From NCBI GenBank assembly GCA_905216195.1, contig CAJMSX010000012.1, positions 1,706 through 65,705 on the forward strand: a DNA stretch of 64,000 nucleotides, read 5' to 3'. The translations under genes were made by a program, and so were the position numbers. Below the pieces are notes generated by a model. The model worked only from the letters and a program-made list of their open reading frames with translations, was not told where the DNA came from and ran no database searches. The stretch is from an uncultured bacterium. GTDB lineage: Bacteria; Bacteroidota; Bacteroidia; Bacteroidales; Marinifilaceae. Below, piece after piece: positions 22,646 to 33,362 of the stretch (the first letter of the stretch is position 1; each line of letters starts with the position of its first letter).

Positions 22646-25006
22646 ATGAAAAAGCGACTTTTTATTGGAGGAATCATTTTGGGGGTTTTCTTTTCCGGTT
22701 ATACTTTTTCTCAGCGCAAGATTGATTATGTAAATCCTCTGATCGGTACAAACGGAATGGGGCATACTTTTCCGGGGACCTGTGTTCCTAACGGGCTGGT
22801 CCAGTTGAGTCCCGATACGGATACGGTTCCTCATAACGTCGACGGGGTGTATCAGCCCCGGGCCTATGCATATTGCGCCGGATATCAGTATAAGGATTCG
22901 ACGATCGTGGGGTTCAGTCATACGCATTTTAACGGTACGGGGCATGCCGATTTAGGAGATATTCTGCTCATGCCCGTGAGGGGAAAAGTGAAGTTTAACC
23001 CCGGTACGGCCGAGGATCCGGATGCCGGTTACCGTTCCCGTTTTTCTCACGCTACCGAACGGGTTCATCCCGGTTATTATGCTGTGAAGCTGGACGATTA
23101 CGGCATACAGGCGGAACTGACCTCTACTTCCCGGACGGGGATCCATAAGTATACCTTCCCGAAAGGGGAAGGGCATATTTTGCTGGACCTCATCCATGGT
23201 ATCTACAACTACGACGGTAAGGTCCTTTGGGCTAATTTACGGATAGAAAACGATACGCTGGTGACAGGTTACCGGATTACCAACGGTTGGGCGAGGGTAA
23301 ATTATACCTATTTTGCCATCACTTTTTCAAAACCCTTTAAAAGTTACGGTTACCGGGAGAGAGGAAAAACGCCATACAGCGGTTTCTGGCGGAAATTCGA
23401 TCTTTACCACAATTTCCCCGAAATCGGGGGAAGACGGGTGATCGCTTATTTCGATTTCGATTTTCAGGATAACGAAGCTGTGGAAGTGAAAGTGGCTTTA
23501 TCTCCGGTAAGTGCTTCGGGGGCCTTAGCCAATCTGAAAAAGGAAACCGGAGGACGGTCTTTCGGGCAGTTGAAAGCGGCGGCGGAGCAGAAATGGGAAG
23601 AAGAGTTAAGCCGGATTGAAGTGGAAGGGGACTACGACCTGTGTTGTAATTTGTATTCTTCCGTGTATCACACTTTGATCAATCCGTCGGTATACATGGA
23701 TGTGGACGGCCGTTATCGCGGTTTGGATCAGGAAATTCACGAAGCCCGGAATTTTACCAATTATACGGTGTTTTCCGTATGGGATACCTATCGGGCCTTG
23801 CATCCTTTGTATAATTTATTGTATCCGGGCAGGAGTGCGGACATCATAGGCAGTATGCTGTCGCATTATCGTCAGAGTGTTCACGGAGCCCTCCCGATAT
23901 GGTCGCACATGGGGAATGAAAACTGGTGTATGATCGGTTATCACGGGGTTTCAGTGGTGGCGGACGCTTATATAAAGGGAATTCCGATGGATGAAAAATT
24001 GGCTTTGGAAGCGGTGCTGAGCAGTTCCGCCATTCCCTACCTGGAAGGAACGAAAGAGTATAGGGAACTGGGATATGTGCCGGTGGAAAAAAGCGGTAGT
24101 TCGGCTTCCGTTACCCTGGAATACGGTTATGACGATTGGACGATTTATCGGATGGCCCAAAGAATGGGCCGGGACGACATTGCCAATTCCTATAGAAAAA
24201 GGGCTTTTGCTTATACCTTGCTCTTCGACCCGCAAACGGGATTCGTTCGGCCCCGGGATGCAGCCGGAGCCTGGAAAAAGGATTTTGACGTGCTGGAGAC
24301 GCACGGGCAGGGGTTTATAGAGGGAAATTCCTGGAATTATTCGTTTTATGTGCCTCAGGACGTGGAAGGGTTGATGCGGAAGATGGGAGGCGAGCCCCGT
24401 TTTATCGCGCGTCTGGATTCTTTGTTTACCATGCATCTTCCCCCCAAATACTATGCCGGTACCGAAGATATCACCGAAGAAGGTTTGATGGGGAATTATG
24501 TACACGGAAACGAACCCAGTCACCATATCGCTTATTTATATATGTGGACTTCCCAACCCTGGAAAACACAATACTGGGACCGGGAGATTATGAACCGGAT
24601 GTACCGGAATCACATCGACGGATTGTGCGGAAACGACGATTGCGGCCAAATGTCCGCCTGGTATATCTTCAGTGCCATGGGTTTCTATCCGGTATGTCCC
24701 GGATCGGATCAGTATGTGTTCGGAGCTCCTTATTTCCCCCGGATGAGTATACGTTTGGAAAACGGAAAGCTATTGAATATCGAAGCTCCCCAAGTAAGTG
24801 ATAGGAACCGGTATGTGCGAGCGGTTTATTGGAACGGCAAGCTGTGTCCGAATGCTTACATCACTCATCGGGATTTGACGGAAGGAGGGACCCTGTTCTT
24901 CGAAATGAGCAGCCGTCCCAATAAGAAGCGGATATTTACTTCCGGCGGAAAACCGTATTCCCTGAGCAGCGAGCGGCCGGCACCCCCTTCGGGTATGAAA
25001 CGATAA
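22646..25006 (+). CDS. GH92-family alpha-mannosidase (exported)
   Basis: Signal peptide MKKRLFIGGIILGVFFSGYTFS, then DYVNPLIGTNGMGHTFPGTCVPNGLVQLSPDT and CGNDDCGQMSAWYIFSAMGFYPVCPG, both hallmark GH92 blocks. The ORF track start at 22589 is GTG, so I prefer the ATG at 22646. Confidence 0.88.
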   Translation: MKKRLFIGGIILGVFFSGYTFSQRKIDYVNPLIGTNGMGHTFPGTCVPNGLVQLSPDTDTVPHNVDGVYQPRAYAYCAGYQYKDSTIVGFSHTHFNGTGHADLGDILLMPVRGKVKFNPGTAEDPDAGYRSRFSHATERVHPGYYAVKLDDYGIQAELTSTSRTGIHKYTFPKGEGHILLDLIHGIYNYDGKVLWANLRIENDTLVTGYRITNGWARVNYTYFAITFSKPFKSYGYRERGKTPYSGFWRKFDLYHNFPEIGGRRVIAYFDFDFQDNEAVEVKVALSPVSASGALANLKKETGGRSFGQLKAAAEQKWEEELSRIEVEGDYDLCCNLYSSVYHTLINPSVYMDVDGRYRGLDQEIHEARNFTNYTVFSVWDTYRALHPLYNLLYPGRSADIIGSMLSHYRQSVHGALPIWSHMGNENWCMIGYHGVSVVADAYIKGIPMDEKLALEAVLSSSAIPYLEGTKEYRELGYVPVEKSGSSASVTLEYGYDDWTIYRMAQRMGRDDIANSYRKRAFAYTLLFDPQTGFVRPRDAAGAWKKDFDVLETHGQGFIEGNSWNYSFYVPQDVEGLMRKMGGEPRFIARLDSLFTMHLPPKYYAGTEDITEEGLMGNYVHGNEPSHHIAYLYMWTSQPWKTQYWDREIMNRMYRNHIDGLCGNDDCGQMSAWYIFSAMGFYPVCPGSDQYVFGAPYFPRMSIRLENGKLLNIEAPQVSDRNRYVRAVYWNGKLCPNAYITHRDLTEGGTLFFEMSSRPNKKRIFTSGGKPYSLSSERPAPPSGMKR

Positions 25007-25095
25007 AAATACGATACCTTTGTTAAATAAATGGGAAGACCTTTTCCTTTTTGCAAAATAATCCGTATACTTGAATTTTATTAGAATTACAGTTT

Positions 25096-26199
25096 ATGCG
25101 ATTATTTTTTATAGGGATGCTGCTTGTTTTAGCGGTAGCTTGTCATGACGACAGCCCGGGGCCGGTGAATGGAGAAGCTCTGCGCACGGTTGTCGTGTAT
25201 TTGGGGGTGGATAATAATTTTTCAGGAGAAGACCGGGAGAAGATCGAAAGTCTGGTAAGTGGTTGGAAGTCTTCTTTTAACGGCTATCTGTTGGTGTATG
25301 CCGATCCCCGGGGAAAAGCTCCTTATCTGACCCGAATTTATTGGAAAGACGGAAAAGCCGTCCAGGAAGAAGTCAGGCGTTACGAAGAAAGTAATTCTGC
25401 CGATCCTGCTGTTTTTCGTCGGGTACTGACGGAGATTACGGAAGAATATCCGGCGCAATCCTATGGCTTGGTGGTACTTTCTCACGGCTCCGGTTGGCTG
25501 CCGGCCCAGGCTTTGGCCCGTCCGCAGTCTATCATTACGGACGGTAGTTCGGAGATGGAATTGAAAGATTTTGCCGGGGCATTGCCGGTAAAAATGGATT
25601 TTGTCATTTTCGATGCCTGTTTTATGGGATCGGTTGAAGTGGCCTACGAGCTTAGGGATAAAGCGGATTATGTAGTTTTTTCTCCCGCTGAGGTGCTGGT
25701 TCCCGGTTTTGTTTATAAGAGCATGATGACTCATTTGATGAAGAAAAAACCGGACTTGAAAGCTGTAGCCCGGGAGTATTACGAATATTACGATAAACAG
25801 AGCGGATATTACCGCTCGGCTACGGTGAGCGTAGTCAAAACGGAAGCGCTGGAGGAGTTGGCTGTGCTTTCCCGCCAATTGCTGAAGGATAGGGATGGGG
25901 AACAGGAGGTGAATTTACAAAAGATTCAGCGTTTCGGTTATGGACGGGATCTTTTGTATTTCGACTTCGGGGATTACATCCGCTCTTTGGAGCCGGCCCG
26001 GTTTGAAGAATTCAGTAAAACGCTCGATAAATGTGTAATATATAAAGCGGCAACACCTTCCTACTATTCGGTGGCGGTAGGGGGATTTACTCCGATAAAT
26101 GCTTTTAGTGGAGTGGCTATTTATATCCCTCAGTCGGTTTATCCGTCCCTGAATGCGGCTTACCGCCAATTGAAATGGACGAAGCGGGTAAATTTGTAA
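25096..26199 (+). CDS. clostripain-like (C11) cysteine peptidase lipoprotein
   Basis: Lipobox LLVLAVAC. His/Cys dyad contexts VVLSHGSGW and VIFDACFMGSVE. Confidence 0.7.
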   Translation: MRLFFIGMLLVLAVACHDDSPGPVNGEALRTVVVYLGVDNNFSGEDREKIESLVSGWKSSFNGYLLVYADPRGKAPYLTRIYWKDGKAVQEEVRRYEESNSADPAVFRRVLTEITEEYPAQSYGLVVLSHGSGWLPAQALARPQSIITDGSSEMELKDFAGALPVKMDFVIFDACFMGSVEVAYELRDKADYVVFSPAEVLVPGFVYKSMMTHLMKKKPDLKAVAREYYEYYDKQSGYYRSATVSVVKTEALEELAVLSRQLLKDRDGEQEVNLQKIQRFGYGRDLLYFDFGDYIRSLEPARFEEFSKTLDKCVIYKAATPSYYSVAVGGFTPINAFSGVAIYIPQSVYPSLNAAYRQLKWTKRVNL

Positions 26200-26241
26200 A
26201 TGTTTTTACGGAGAGAAGAATCGAATTTAATCTTTGAAAAT

Positions 26242-27033
26242 ATGGCTTTCGGTATAGCGGATTTAAGCATTGTTCCGATGCGGAAAGAACAGTCGGAGCG
26301 CAGTGAAATGGTTTCCCAGGTTTTGTTCGGGGAGTTGTATGAAGTGTTGGAAGAAACGGAAAAATGGGTATATGTGAAATTGTTTCACGACGGTTATGAG
26401 GGATGGATCGATAAAAGAATGCATGTGGGGGTCAGCGAAGAGTATGCCGGGAAATACGGGATGGAATCTCCCGTGTTGACGACCGAAGTTTTCAATATCG
26501 TGACAAAAAAGGGGGATTACGGCCATAAATTGCTGGTTGCCGGGAGTGTGCTTCCCTTTTTTCAGGCGGAAAACCGGGAGATGCGAATCGGAGAAGACGA
26601 GTATACGCTGGTTACCCGTACGAAAGATGTCGGAATAGAAAGTTTGCGGGAATTGATCATCACCTATGCTTTGATGTATTACAATACGCCTTATCTGTGG
26701 GGAGGACGTTCGCCTTACGGCATCGACTGTTCGGGATTGACGCAGATGGTCTATCGGTTGGCGGGTATCGGTATTCCCAGGGATGCTGCTTTACAGGTCA
26801 ATTGCGGTCAGAATTTCTCGTTTATCGAAGAAGCTCTGCCCGGAGATTTGGCTTTTTTCGGAGATGAGGCCGGAGCCATTACTCATGTCGGGGTGTTATG
26901 GGAAAAGAACCGCATCATTCACGCCTCCGGAAAAGTAAGGGTGGATAAAATCGACCATCAGGGAATTTTTAACGAAGAACTGAAACGTTACACCCATACG
27001 CTTAAAGTAATTAAACGCATGATAAGCGATTAA
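26242..27033 (+). CDS. NlpC/P60 (C40) family peptidase with N-terminal SH3-like region
   Basis: PYLWGGRSPYGIDCSGLTQMVYR (catalytic Cys) and AITHVGVL (His). I prefer the start at 26242 (MAFGIADLSIVPMR) over the ORF-track start at 26200. Confidence 0.8.
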   Translation: MAFGIADLSIVPMRKEQSERSEMVSQVLFGELYEVLEETEKWVYVKLFHDGYEGWIDKRMHVGVSEEYAGKYGMESPVLTTEVFNIVTKKGDYGHKLLVAGSVLPFFQAENREMRIGEDEYTLVTRTKDVGIESLRELIITYALMYYNTPYLWGGRSPYGIDCSGLTQMVYRLAGIGIPRDAALQVNCGQNFSFIEEALPGDLAFFGDEAGAITHVGVLWEKNRIIHASGKVRVDKIDHQGIFNEELKRYTHTLKVIKRMISD

Positions 27034-27042
27034 CTCCCTGTT

Positions 27043-28122
27043 CTATTTCCGCTCCGCTACGGTGCCCGAGAGGTTGAGGGTAATTTCCGGGTTTTTCGGG
27101 TCGTTGGTGATGACCGACACCGATTTATATTGACGTCCGCTTCTTCCCGCCGAATCGAATATGGCCCGTATGGTGGTTTTTTGTCCGGGAGCGAGGGTTG
27201 TTTGCCCCACGGTTACAGCCGTGCAGCCGCAGCTGGTTTTAATTTTCCGGACAATCAGATTTGATTTCCCTTTATTGATCAGTAAAAAATCGCAATTGAC
27301 TTTTTTCCCGGGCTGGATTTCTCCAAATCCGATATTTTTCTTTTCAAAATGGGCTACCGGTGCCTCGGCTAATTCTTTTTCCGTCAGTTTGCTGAAATCT
27401 TCCGTAATCCTGGCACTGACAGAAATCCGGTTGTGGTAGGAATTTTGATTGTTCAAGCGAAGGGCTATCATATCGTACAGGTAACCGTAGTCGTTCGTTT
27501 CCGCTCCTTTGTAGGTCAGAATGATCATTCCTCTTTTTTTAGGCTGAATCTTTTCCGGAATGAATTCCAGATCGATATACGGAGGTGCATAAAGAGTGCT
27601 CAGAGTGACAGCACTGTCGAGGGTATTGAAATAATAGAGGGTATCCTTTACGGTCTCCTGGGTATATACGTTTTGGAAGTCGATATATCCGGTTTTAAAT
27701 TTCAGACCGGAAAGGTCATACCGGTAAAGTAATTCCGGTTTCAGGGGGTTGTCTACGATATTGGCCTTTAGCCGCAAAGTTTCTTCCGGATTGGCTGCGT
27801 TCGAATGAACGATAGCGGTATAATTGAAATTTTTGGGCATACTCATTGAGAGAAACGATATCCGGATATCGGAAGATTCGCCGGGAGCGATGGGTTTTTT
27901 GCTCCATTGTGTCTGCATGCGGATGCTCATGCCGGACACCCGCTTGATGATAACCGGCGCTTTCCCTGTATTGGTAAACGTGAATTTTACTTCCGTAGGA
28001 ATATCGTCCGCTTTCAGATCCTTCAGTTCTATTTCCGGATTTTTAAAACGGATAAACCCTTTCTGGGCGAAAAGTGTTGTTGTAGCGAATAAAGCGACGA
28101 TAAGCAATAAAAATGGTTTCAT
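27043..28122 (-). CDS. DUF1573 domain-containing exported protein
   Basis: 359 aa. Signal peptide and a C-terminal module with KTSCGCTAVTV. Repeated Ig-like units. Confidence 0.7.
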   Translation of the reverse strand: MKPFLLLIVALFATTTLFAQKGFIRFKNPEIELKDLKADDIPTEVKFTFTNTGKAPVIIKRVSGMSIRMQTQWSKKPIAPGESSDIRISFLSMSMPKNFNYTAIVHSNAANPEETLRLKANIVDNPLKPELLYRYDLSGLKFKTGYIDFQNVYTQETVKDTLYYFNTLDSAVTLSTLYAPPYIDLEFIPEKIQPKKRGMIILTYKGAETNDYGYLYDMIALRLNNQNSYHNRISVSARITEDFSKLTEKELAEAPVAHFEKKNIGFGEIQPGKKVNCDFLLINKGKSNLIVRKIKTSCGCTAVTVGQTTLAPGQKTTIRAIFDSAGRSGRQYKSVSVITNDPKNPEITLNLSGTVAERK

Positions 28123-28176
28123 TCTGGTTATCGTATTGGTTGTGTCATTAAAAGAACGTAAGGTTTGCGGGAAATT

Positions 28177-28187
28177 CCCCCCCCCCC
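28177..28187. repeat. homopolymeric C11 (G11 on coding strand) tract
   Basis: 11 consecutive C read directly from the sequence. It lies in the intergenic gap between the two DUF1573 paralogs, 55-65 nt upstream of the start of the 27043..28122 gene. Confidence 0.95.
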
Positions 28188-28238
28188 GATAAATGCCGGC
28201 CTTTCCTATATGTCCTTGGACAGAGAGACGCAGGGGTG

Positions 28239-29303
28239 TTACTGTATATTTCCCGATAACTTATAGGTAACTATGGTATTCTTCGGATCGTTCAGGGTAA
28301 AAGAAATGATTTTTATCTTTTTTCCGGGCCGGTCGTCCGTTTTCAATACCAAATTCACTTTTATTTTTTTCCCGGGTTTAACGGTCATTTTCGACGGGTG
28401 AACCGTCAGGTTGCGGTCGTCGGAAGTTTTTATTTTTCGGATGATCAAATCCGATTTTCCGGCATTCTGGATGTAAAAATCGTGTTTTTTAGTCGAATTT
28501 TTAGTCAGTTTACCGAGTATGCCTTCCTTTTCCGAGAAGACGGCTCGGGGAGCCGAAGCATAATTATCGGCTTTATAAGCGGAAAAATCCTCTGTAATGT
28601 TAGCTACTATGTGAAAGGACTGATCTGCCGGCTCATCGGTTTTCAGCCGGATTGTGTCGGAGACGAATCCCCAGTCGTTTTTCAGGCCGGCGTCGTAAGT
28701 AATGTGGATTTCCCCTTTTTCTCCTTTCTGTAAAACGTTCGGAAGAACACTGGCCGTCAGGTGTTTGCTGTCCGAAAGAACACTGAGGGAGAGCGGTTGT
28801 TGTCCGGTATTTACAATTTCTATGGTTTTCCGGACCTGGTCTGTATGCGTGATAGTTCCGAAGTTGACCTCTTTCCGTCTCATTTTGAGATTCCCGGCGC
28901 TGTAGGGATAGCCGGCATAGGGGTCGGCCGCTTGCGACTTGATTTTTCCCCGGACCGTCAAGGATACGACGGGTGGAAGGGCGTTGGAATTTACGGTAAC
29001 GCTGTTGACAAAAGAACCTTTCCGGTGGCGGGGATTGAAGCTTACCTTTATTTTGCCCGTTTCTCCCGGTAATATGGGGTGGCGGCTCCATTCCGGAGTC
29101 GTACATCCGCAGCCTGCTCTTACCTGGGTTAAAATCAAAGGAGCTTTTCCGGTATTGGTAAACAGAAATTCGTGGCTGACCTGGCCGTCGTATTCCCCTA
29201 TCGTCCCGAAATTATGCGAAGTTTGTTTAAACTGTATTCGGGCTTTCTGGCTGAAACAGAATAGAGGTAAAATGGCAAAAAGCAGAAAAAGAAACTTTCT
29301 CAT
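28239..29303 (-). CDS. DUF1573 domain-containing exported protein, tandem paralog
   Basis: 354 aa. Signal peptide and N-terminal module FTNTGKAPLILTQVRAGCGCTTPEW. Same architecture as the downstream gene. Confidence 0.7.
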   Translation of the reverse strand: MRKFLFLLFAILPLFCFSQKARIQFKQTSHNFGTIGEYDGQVSHEFLFTNTGKAPLILTQVRAGCGCTTPEWSRHPILPGETGKIKVSFNPRHRKGSFVNSVTVNSNALPPVVSLTVRGKIKSQAADPYAGYPYSAGNLKMRRKEVNFGTITHTDQVRKTIEIVNTGQQPLSLSVLSDSKHLTASVLPNVLQKGEKGEIHITYDAGLKNDWGFVSDTIRLKTDEPADQSFHIVANITEDFSAYKADNYASAPRAVFSEKEGILGKLTKNSTKKHDFYIQNAGKSDLIIRKIKTSDDRNLTVHPSKMTVKPGKKIKVNLVLKTDDRPGKKIKIISFTLNDPKNTIVTYKLSGNIQ

Positions 29304-29617
29304 GGATATGATATTTTCTATCTTTGACTTTCTCCGGTGACACCATTTACCGGAGGCTAATATTTCACAAAGATAATATAAACCGCAGGCAGAACCAAAT
29401 TTATCGTGTCCGCTGAGAAAGAGTTTACTTTATTTAACGATACTTCGGTCAATTTCAGTACCGGATCGATCCGGGGAAGTCCGGGAGTCCCGAACCGCTT
29501 TCAGGCTGGAAGTCAGCGATCGTTAAGTTTTTCTTTTTGAAATGCTTGTGCGAAGAAAAATAAAAATGTATCTTTGCGGCGTTTAACGATATTAATCACT
29601 TTAAAGGTTTAGAAATT

Positions 29618-29887
29618 ATGTATTTAACGTCTGAAAAGAAAGAAGAGCTTTTTTCAAGTTACGGGAAGTCTAATAAAGATACAGGTTCAGCCGAATCTCA
29701 GATCGCTTTATTTTCCTACCGTATCGGTCATCTGACAGAACATTTGAAAAACAACCATAAAGATTATGCCACCCAGCGCGCATTGATCAAATTGGTAGGA
29801 AAACGTAGAGCATTGCTGGATTATCTGAGAGAAAAAGATATTGAAAGATATCGTTCTATCATTAAAGCATTGAATATACGTAAATAA
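29618..29887 (+). CDS. rpsO: 30S ribosomal protein S15
   Basis: 89 aa. GSAESQIALFSYRIGHLTEHLKNNHKDYATQRALIKLVGKRRALLDYL. Confidence 0.97.
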   Translation: MYLTSEKKEELFSSYGKSNKDTGSAESQIALFSYRIGHLTEHLKNNHKDYATQRALIKLVGKRRALLDYLREKDIERYRSIIKALNIRK

Positions 29888-29899
29888 ACATACGTTTTG

Positions 29900-29935
29900 A
29901 ACAAACCCGGGACTTCCCGGGCTTGTTTTTATTTT
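29900..29935 (+). terminator. intrinsic terminator after rpsO
   Basis: aacaaacccggg-actt-cccgggcttgtt stem (one mismatch) followed by a T-run. Confidence 0.65.
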
Positions 29936-30006
29936 TACCTCCCTCCGAACCTCCGTTTATCTAAAAGAATTCCGTTAAAATTAGTGTTATTTTAACAGTA
30001 AAAATT

Positions 30007-32139
30007 ATGAATGTTATTGAAAAGAGTATTACTCTGCACGACGGTAGAGTGATTACACTGGAAACGGGTAAGTTGGCAAAACAAGCTGACGGCGCCGTGA
30101 TGTTGAAAATGGGAAATACGATGTTGCTGGCAACGGTAGTATCTGCCCAGGAAGCCGGACCGGATGTGGATTTTATGCCGTTGTCCGTGGATTATAAAGA
30201 GAAATTTTCTTCGATAGGACGCTTCCCCGGAGGTTTTACACGGAGAGAAGGGAGAGCTTCCGATTATGAAGTTTTGGTGTCCCGTTTGATCGACCGGGCC
30301 TTGAGACCCTTGTTCCCGGATGACTACCATGCCGAAACTTTTGTACAGGTGACTTTATATTCGGCAGACGAAGAATCTATGCCCGATGCCCTGGCGGGAT
30401 TTGCCGCTTCGGCCGCCCTAGCTGTGAGCGATATCCCTTTCCATGGGCCGATTTCCGAAGTTCGGGTAGCCCGGATCAAGGGAGAGTTCGTCATTAATCC
30501 CACCTGTTCTCAGTTAAAAGAAGCCGATTTGGATATTATGGTGGGGGCTACCTACGAAAATATTATGATGGTAGAAGGGGAAATGAGTGAGGTGTCTGAA
30601 AAAGAGATGCTGGATGCCATTAAGTTCGCCCACCTGGCCATCAAGGACCAATGTCTGATTCAGAAAGAACTGGCGGAAGCCGTAGGAAAAGCCAAACGAG
30701 AGTATTGTCATGAGGTGAACGACGAAGAGCTGAGAAAAGATGTGTGGGAAAAATGTTACCGGAAGGTATATGAGGTAGCCCGTCAGTGTAATGCCGATAA
30801 ACATCTGAGAGGTGAATTGTTACACCGGGTATGTGAAGAATATATGGAAGCCCTTCCCGAAGAAGAAAGGGAGGCGAAAAAATCCATGGTTGCCCGTTAT
30901 TATCACGATGTGGAAAAGGAGGCGATGAGACGGATGATCCTGGACGAAGGTGTTCGTTTGGACGGACGTACTACCGAACAGATCCGTCCGATCTGGTGTG
31001 AAGTGGGATATCTACCTGGTCCTCACGGTTCTGCCGTTTTCACCCGGGGAGAAACCCAATCTTTGTCTACGGTGACCTTAGGAACTAAATTGGATGAAAA
31101 AATCATAGACGAAGCGACGGAACAGGGGAAAGAAAAATTCTTGTTGCATTACAATTTCCCGCCTTTTTCCACCGGAGAAGCCAAGCCTACCCGCGGAGTA
31201 GGACGCCGTGAAATCGGTCACGGGAATCTGGCCCACAGGGCTTTGAAACGGATGTTGCCGACGGATTTTCCTTATACGATCCGGGTGGTATCCGATATTC
31301 TGGAATCCAACGGTTCTTCTTCTATGGCTACCGTATGTGCCGGCACCTTGGCTTTGATGGACGCCGGAGTACCGATGAAAAAACCGGTTACCGGTATCGC
31401 TATGGGGCTGATTACCGACAAAGGCTGTGAAAAATATGCCGTGTTGTCGGATATTCTGGGAGATGAGGATCACCTGGGTGACATGGATTTTAAAGTGACG
31501 GGAACCGTAGACGGAATCACCGCTACCCAGATGGATATAAAAGTGGACGGCCTTCCTTACGAGATTTTGGAAAAAGCACTGGAACAAGCCCGGCGGGGAC
31601 GTCTGCATATCATGAATATTATTCGGGAAACTTTACCGGAACCCCGTCCGGAACTGAAGCCGCATGCCCCGCGCATCCAGACGATTATTATCGATAAGGA
31701 TCAGATCGGCGCCGTGATTGGTCCCGGTGGAAAAATTATCCAGGATATTCAGGAAAAGTCAGGAGCCGTTATTAATATCGAAGAAGTCGGCAATAAAGGA
31801 GTGGTGGATATCTCCGCTACCAATGCTGATTCTATCAACATGGCCCTGGCCCGTATCCGGGCTATCGTAGCTCGCCCGGAAGAGGGAGAAATTTACGAAG
31901 GTGTCGTCAAATCGATTATGCCTTTCGGTGCTTTTGTCGAAATTCTTCCCGGAAAGGACGGCTTGCTGCACATTTCGGAAATCGATTATAAGCGCCTGGA
32001 AAAAGTAGAAGATGCCTTGAAAGAGGGAGATAAAGTCCGGGTGAAATTGTTGGAAATCGACAAAAAGACCGGGAAACTTCGTTTGTCCCGCAAGGCTTTG
32101 TTGCCGAAGCCGGAACGGAAAGAACCGGATAAAAAGTAA
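30007..32139 (+). CDS. pnp: polyribonucleotide nucleotidyltransferase (PNPase)
   Basis: 710 aa. Two RNase PH domains, a KH domain ([12 protein letters not shown]) and an S1 domain ([20 protein letters not shown]). Confidence 0.97.
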   Translation: MNVIEKSITLHDGRVITLETGKLAKQADGAVMLKMGNTMLLATVVSAQEAGPDVDFMPLSVDYKEKFSSIGRFPGGFTRREGRASDYEVLVSRLIDRALRPLFPDDYHAETFVQVTLYSADEESMPDALAGFAASAALAVSDIPFHGPISEVRVARIKGEFVINPTCSQLKEADLDIMVGATYENIMMVEGEMSEVSEKEMLDAIKFAHLAIKDQCLIQKELAEAVGKAKREYCHEVNDEELRKDVWEKCYRKVYEVARQCNADKHLRGELLHRVCEEYMEALPEEEREAKKSMVARYYHDVEKEAMRRMILDEGVRLDGRTTEQIRPIWCEVGYLPGPHGSAVFTRGETQSLSTVTLGTKLDEKIIDEATEQGKEKFLLHYNFPPFSTGEAKPTRGVGRREIGHGNLAHRALKRMLPTDFPYTIRVVSDILESNGSSSMATVCAGTLALMDAGVPMKKPVTGIAMGLITDKGCEKYAVLSDILGDEDHLGDMDFKVTGTVDGITATQMDIKVDGLPYEILEKALEQARRGRLHIMNIIRETLPEPRPELKPHAPRIQTIIIDKDQIGAVIGPGGKIIQDIQEKSGAVINIEEVGNKGVVDISATNADSINMALARIRAIVARPEEGEIYEGVVKSIMPFGAFVEILPGKDGLLHISEIDYKRLEKVEDALKEGDKVRVKLLEIDKKTGKLRLSRKALLPKPERKEPDKK

Positions 32140-32140
32140 A

Positions 32141-32168
32141 AAAAGAGGCGTCAGCCTCTTTTTTTATA
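32141..32168 (+). terminator. intrinsic terminator after pnp
   Basis: aaaagaggc-gtca-gcctcttttttt, a short GC stem flanked by an A-run and a T-run. Confidence 0.65.
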
Positions 32169-32210
32169 TTGTTCAGGGTGTATTTTTATTTATCTTTGTG
32201 TGGCTAAAAA

Positions 32211-33323
32211 ATGGTTACGATGGAAAATAGATTAAAAGTGGGAATCTCGCAGGGGGATGTGAACGGCATAGGTTACGAAATGATCATAAAGATTATGGCG
32301 GAGAACAAAATTTGTGAAATTTGTACGCCGGTTCTTTACGGTTCGTCCAAGGTTGCCGCTTATCATCGGAAAACTTTAAATATAGAGAATTTCAATCTGA
32401 ACAGTATTCAATCTCCCCGGGATGCCAATCCCAAGCGTTGCAACGTTATCAATTGTGTTGACGATGCGATTAAAGTGGATTTGGGAAAAGAAACCCCCGA
32501 AGCGGACGAAGCTGCCATGTTCGCCTTGAAGTCGGCGCTGGATGATCTGGACCGGAATGAGCTGGAAATGGTGACGGCTGCCCCTCAGTCCTGTGCTTCC
32601 TTTAAACTCGAAAATGCGGAAGGATGTCCCGATTACCTGGCGAAAAGATACGGAGCCAGAAATGTTACTCCCGTTCTGGTAGGTTCGAAGATGAAAATGA
32701 GCTTCGTTACCACCCATATTCCTTTTAAAGATATTGCGGCTGCCATTACTCCGGTGAGCATATTGGCTAAACTGAAAATTCTGGACCAGTGCCTGAAAAA
32801 GGATTTTACCATTCGGAAGCCCCGGATCGCCGTATTGGGGCTGAATCCCCATACCGGAGAGCATTGCTCTTTCGGAGAGGAAGAGAAAAACATCATCCTT
32901 CCCGCTCTGGAGAAAGCCCGGGAAAACGGAATTATGGCATTGGGACCTTATGCCCCCGATAATTTATTCAGCGGAACCGAATACGAAAAATTCGATGCGG
33001 TTCTGGCTTTGTATCACGATCAGGGAATGATCCCTTTTAAAGCTCTCGAAGGGAATGAGGGGGCCGTATTGATGGTCGGAATACCCGTTGTATACACATC
33101 CACAGTCAGCGGAACGGCTTATGATCTGGTAGGTCAGGGGAAGGCCGATGAGCAGGCGTTGAGGAACGCCCTCTATCTGGGTATAGATGTTTTTAACAAT
33201 CGCCGCATGAACGAGGAATTGTCGCGCAATCCCCTTCCGCATTACGATATTGCCGGAAATGCCAACGAAAGTGATTTGAACGTAGAGCAAATTGCAGGAG
33301 TAAAAGAGGAAGCAGAAGATTAA
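32211..33323 (+). CDS. pdxA: 4-hydroxythreonine-4-phosphate dehydrogenase
   Basis: 370 aa. GISQGDVNGIGYEMI, VTTHIPF, LNPHTGE, YHDQGMIPFKAL. Confidence 0.85.
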   Translation: MVTMENRLKVGISQGDVNGIGYEMIIKIMAENKICEICTPVLYGSSKVAAYHRKTLNIENFNLNSIQSPRDANPKRCNVINCVDDAIKVDLGKETPEADEAAMFALKSALDDLDRNELEMVTAAPQSCASFKLENAEGCPDYLAKRYGARNVTPVLVGSKMKMSFVTTHIPFKDIAAAITPVSILAKLKILDQCLKKDFTIRKPRIAVLGLNPHTGEHCSFGEEEKNIILPALEKARENGIMALGPYAPDNLFSGTEYEKFDAVLALYHDQGMIPFKALEGNEGAVLMVGIPVVYTSTVSGTAYDLVGQGKADEQALRNALYLGIDVFNNRRMNEELSRNPLPHYDIAGNANESDLNVEQIAGVKEEAED

Positions 33324-33352
33324 AAAAAGCCGGTCGTCAGACCGGTTTTTTT
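33322..33352. terminator. bidirectional terminator between pdxA and ndk
   Basis: aaaaaaagccggtc-gtca-gaccggttttttt, with an A-run and a T-run flanking the stem, between convergent genes. Confidence 0.7.
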
Positions 33353-33362
33353 CGGTCCTTTT

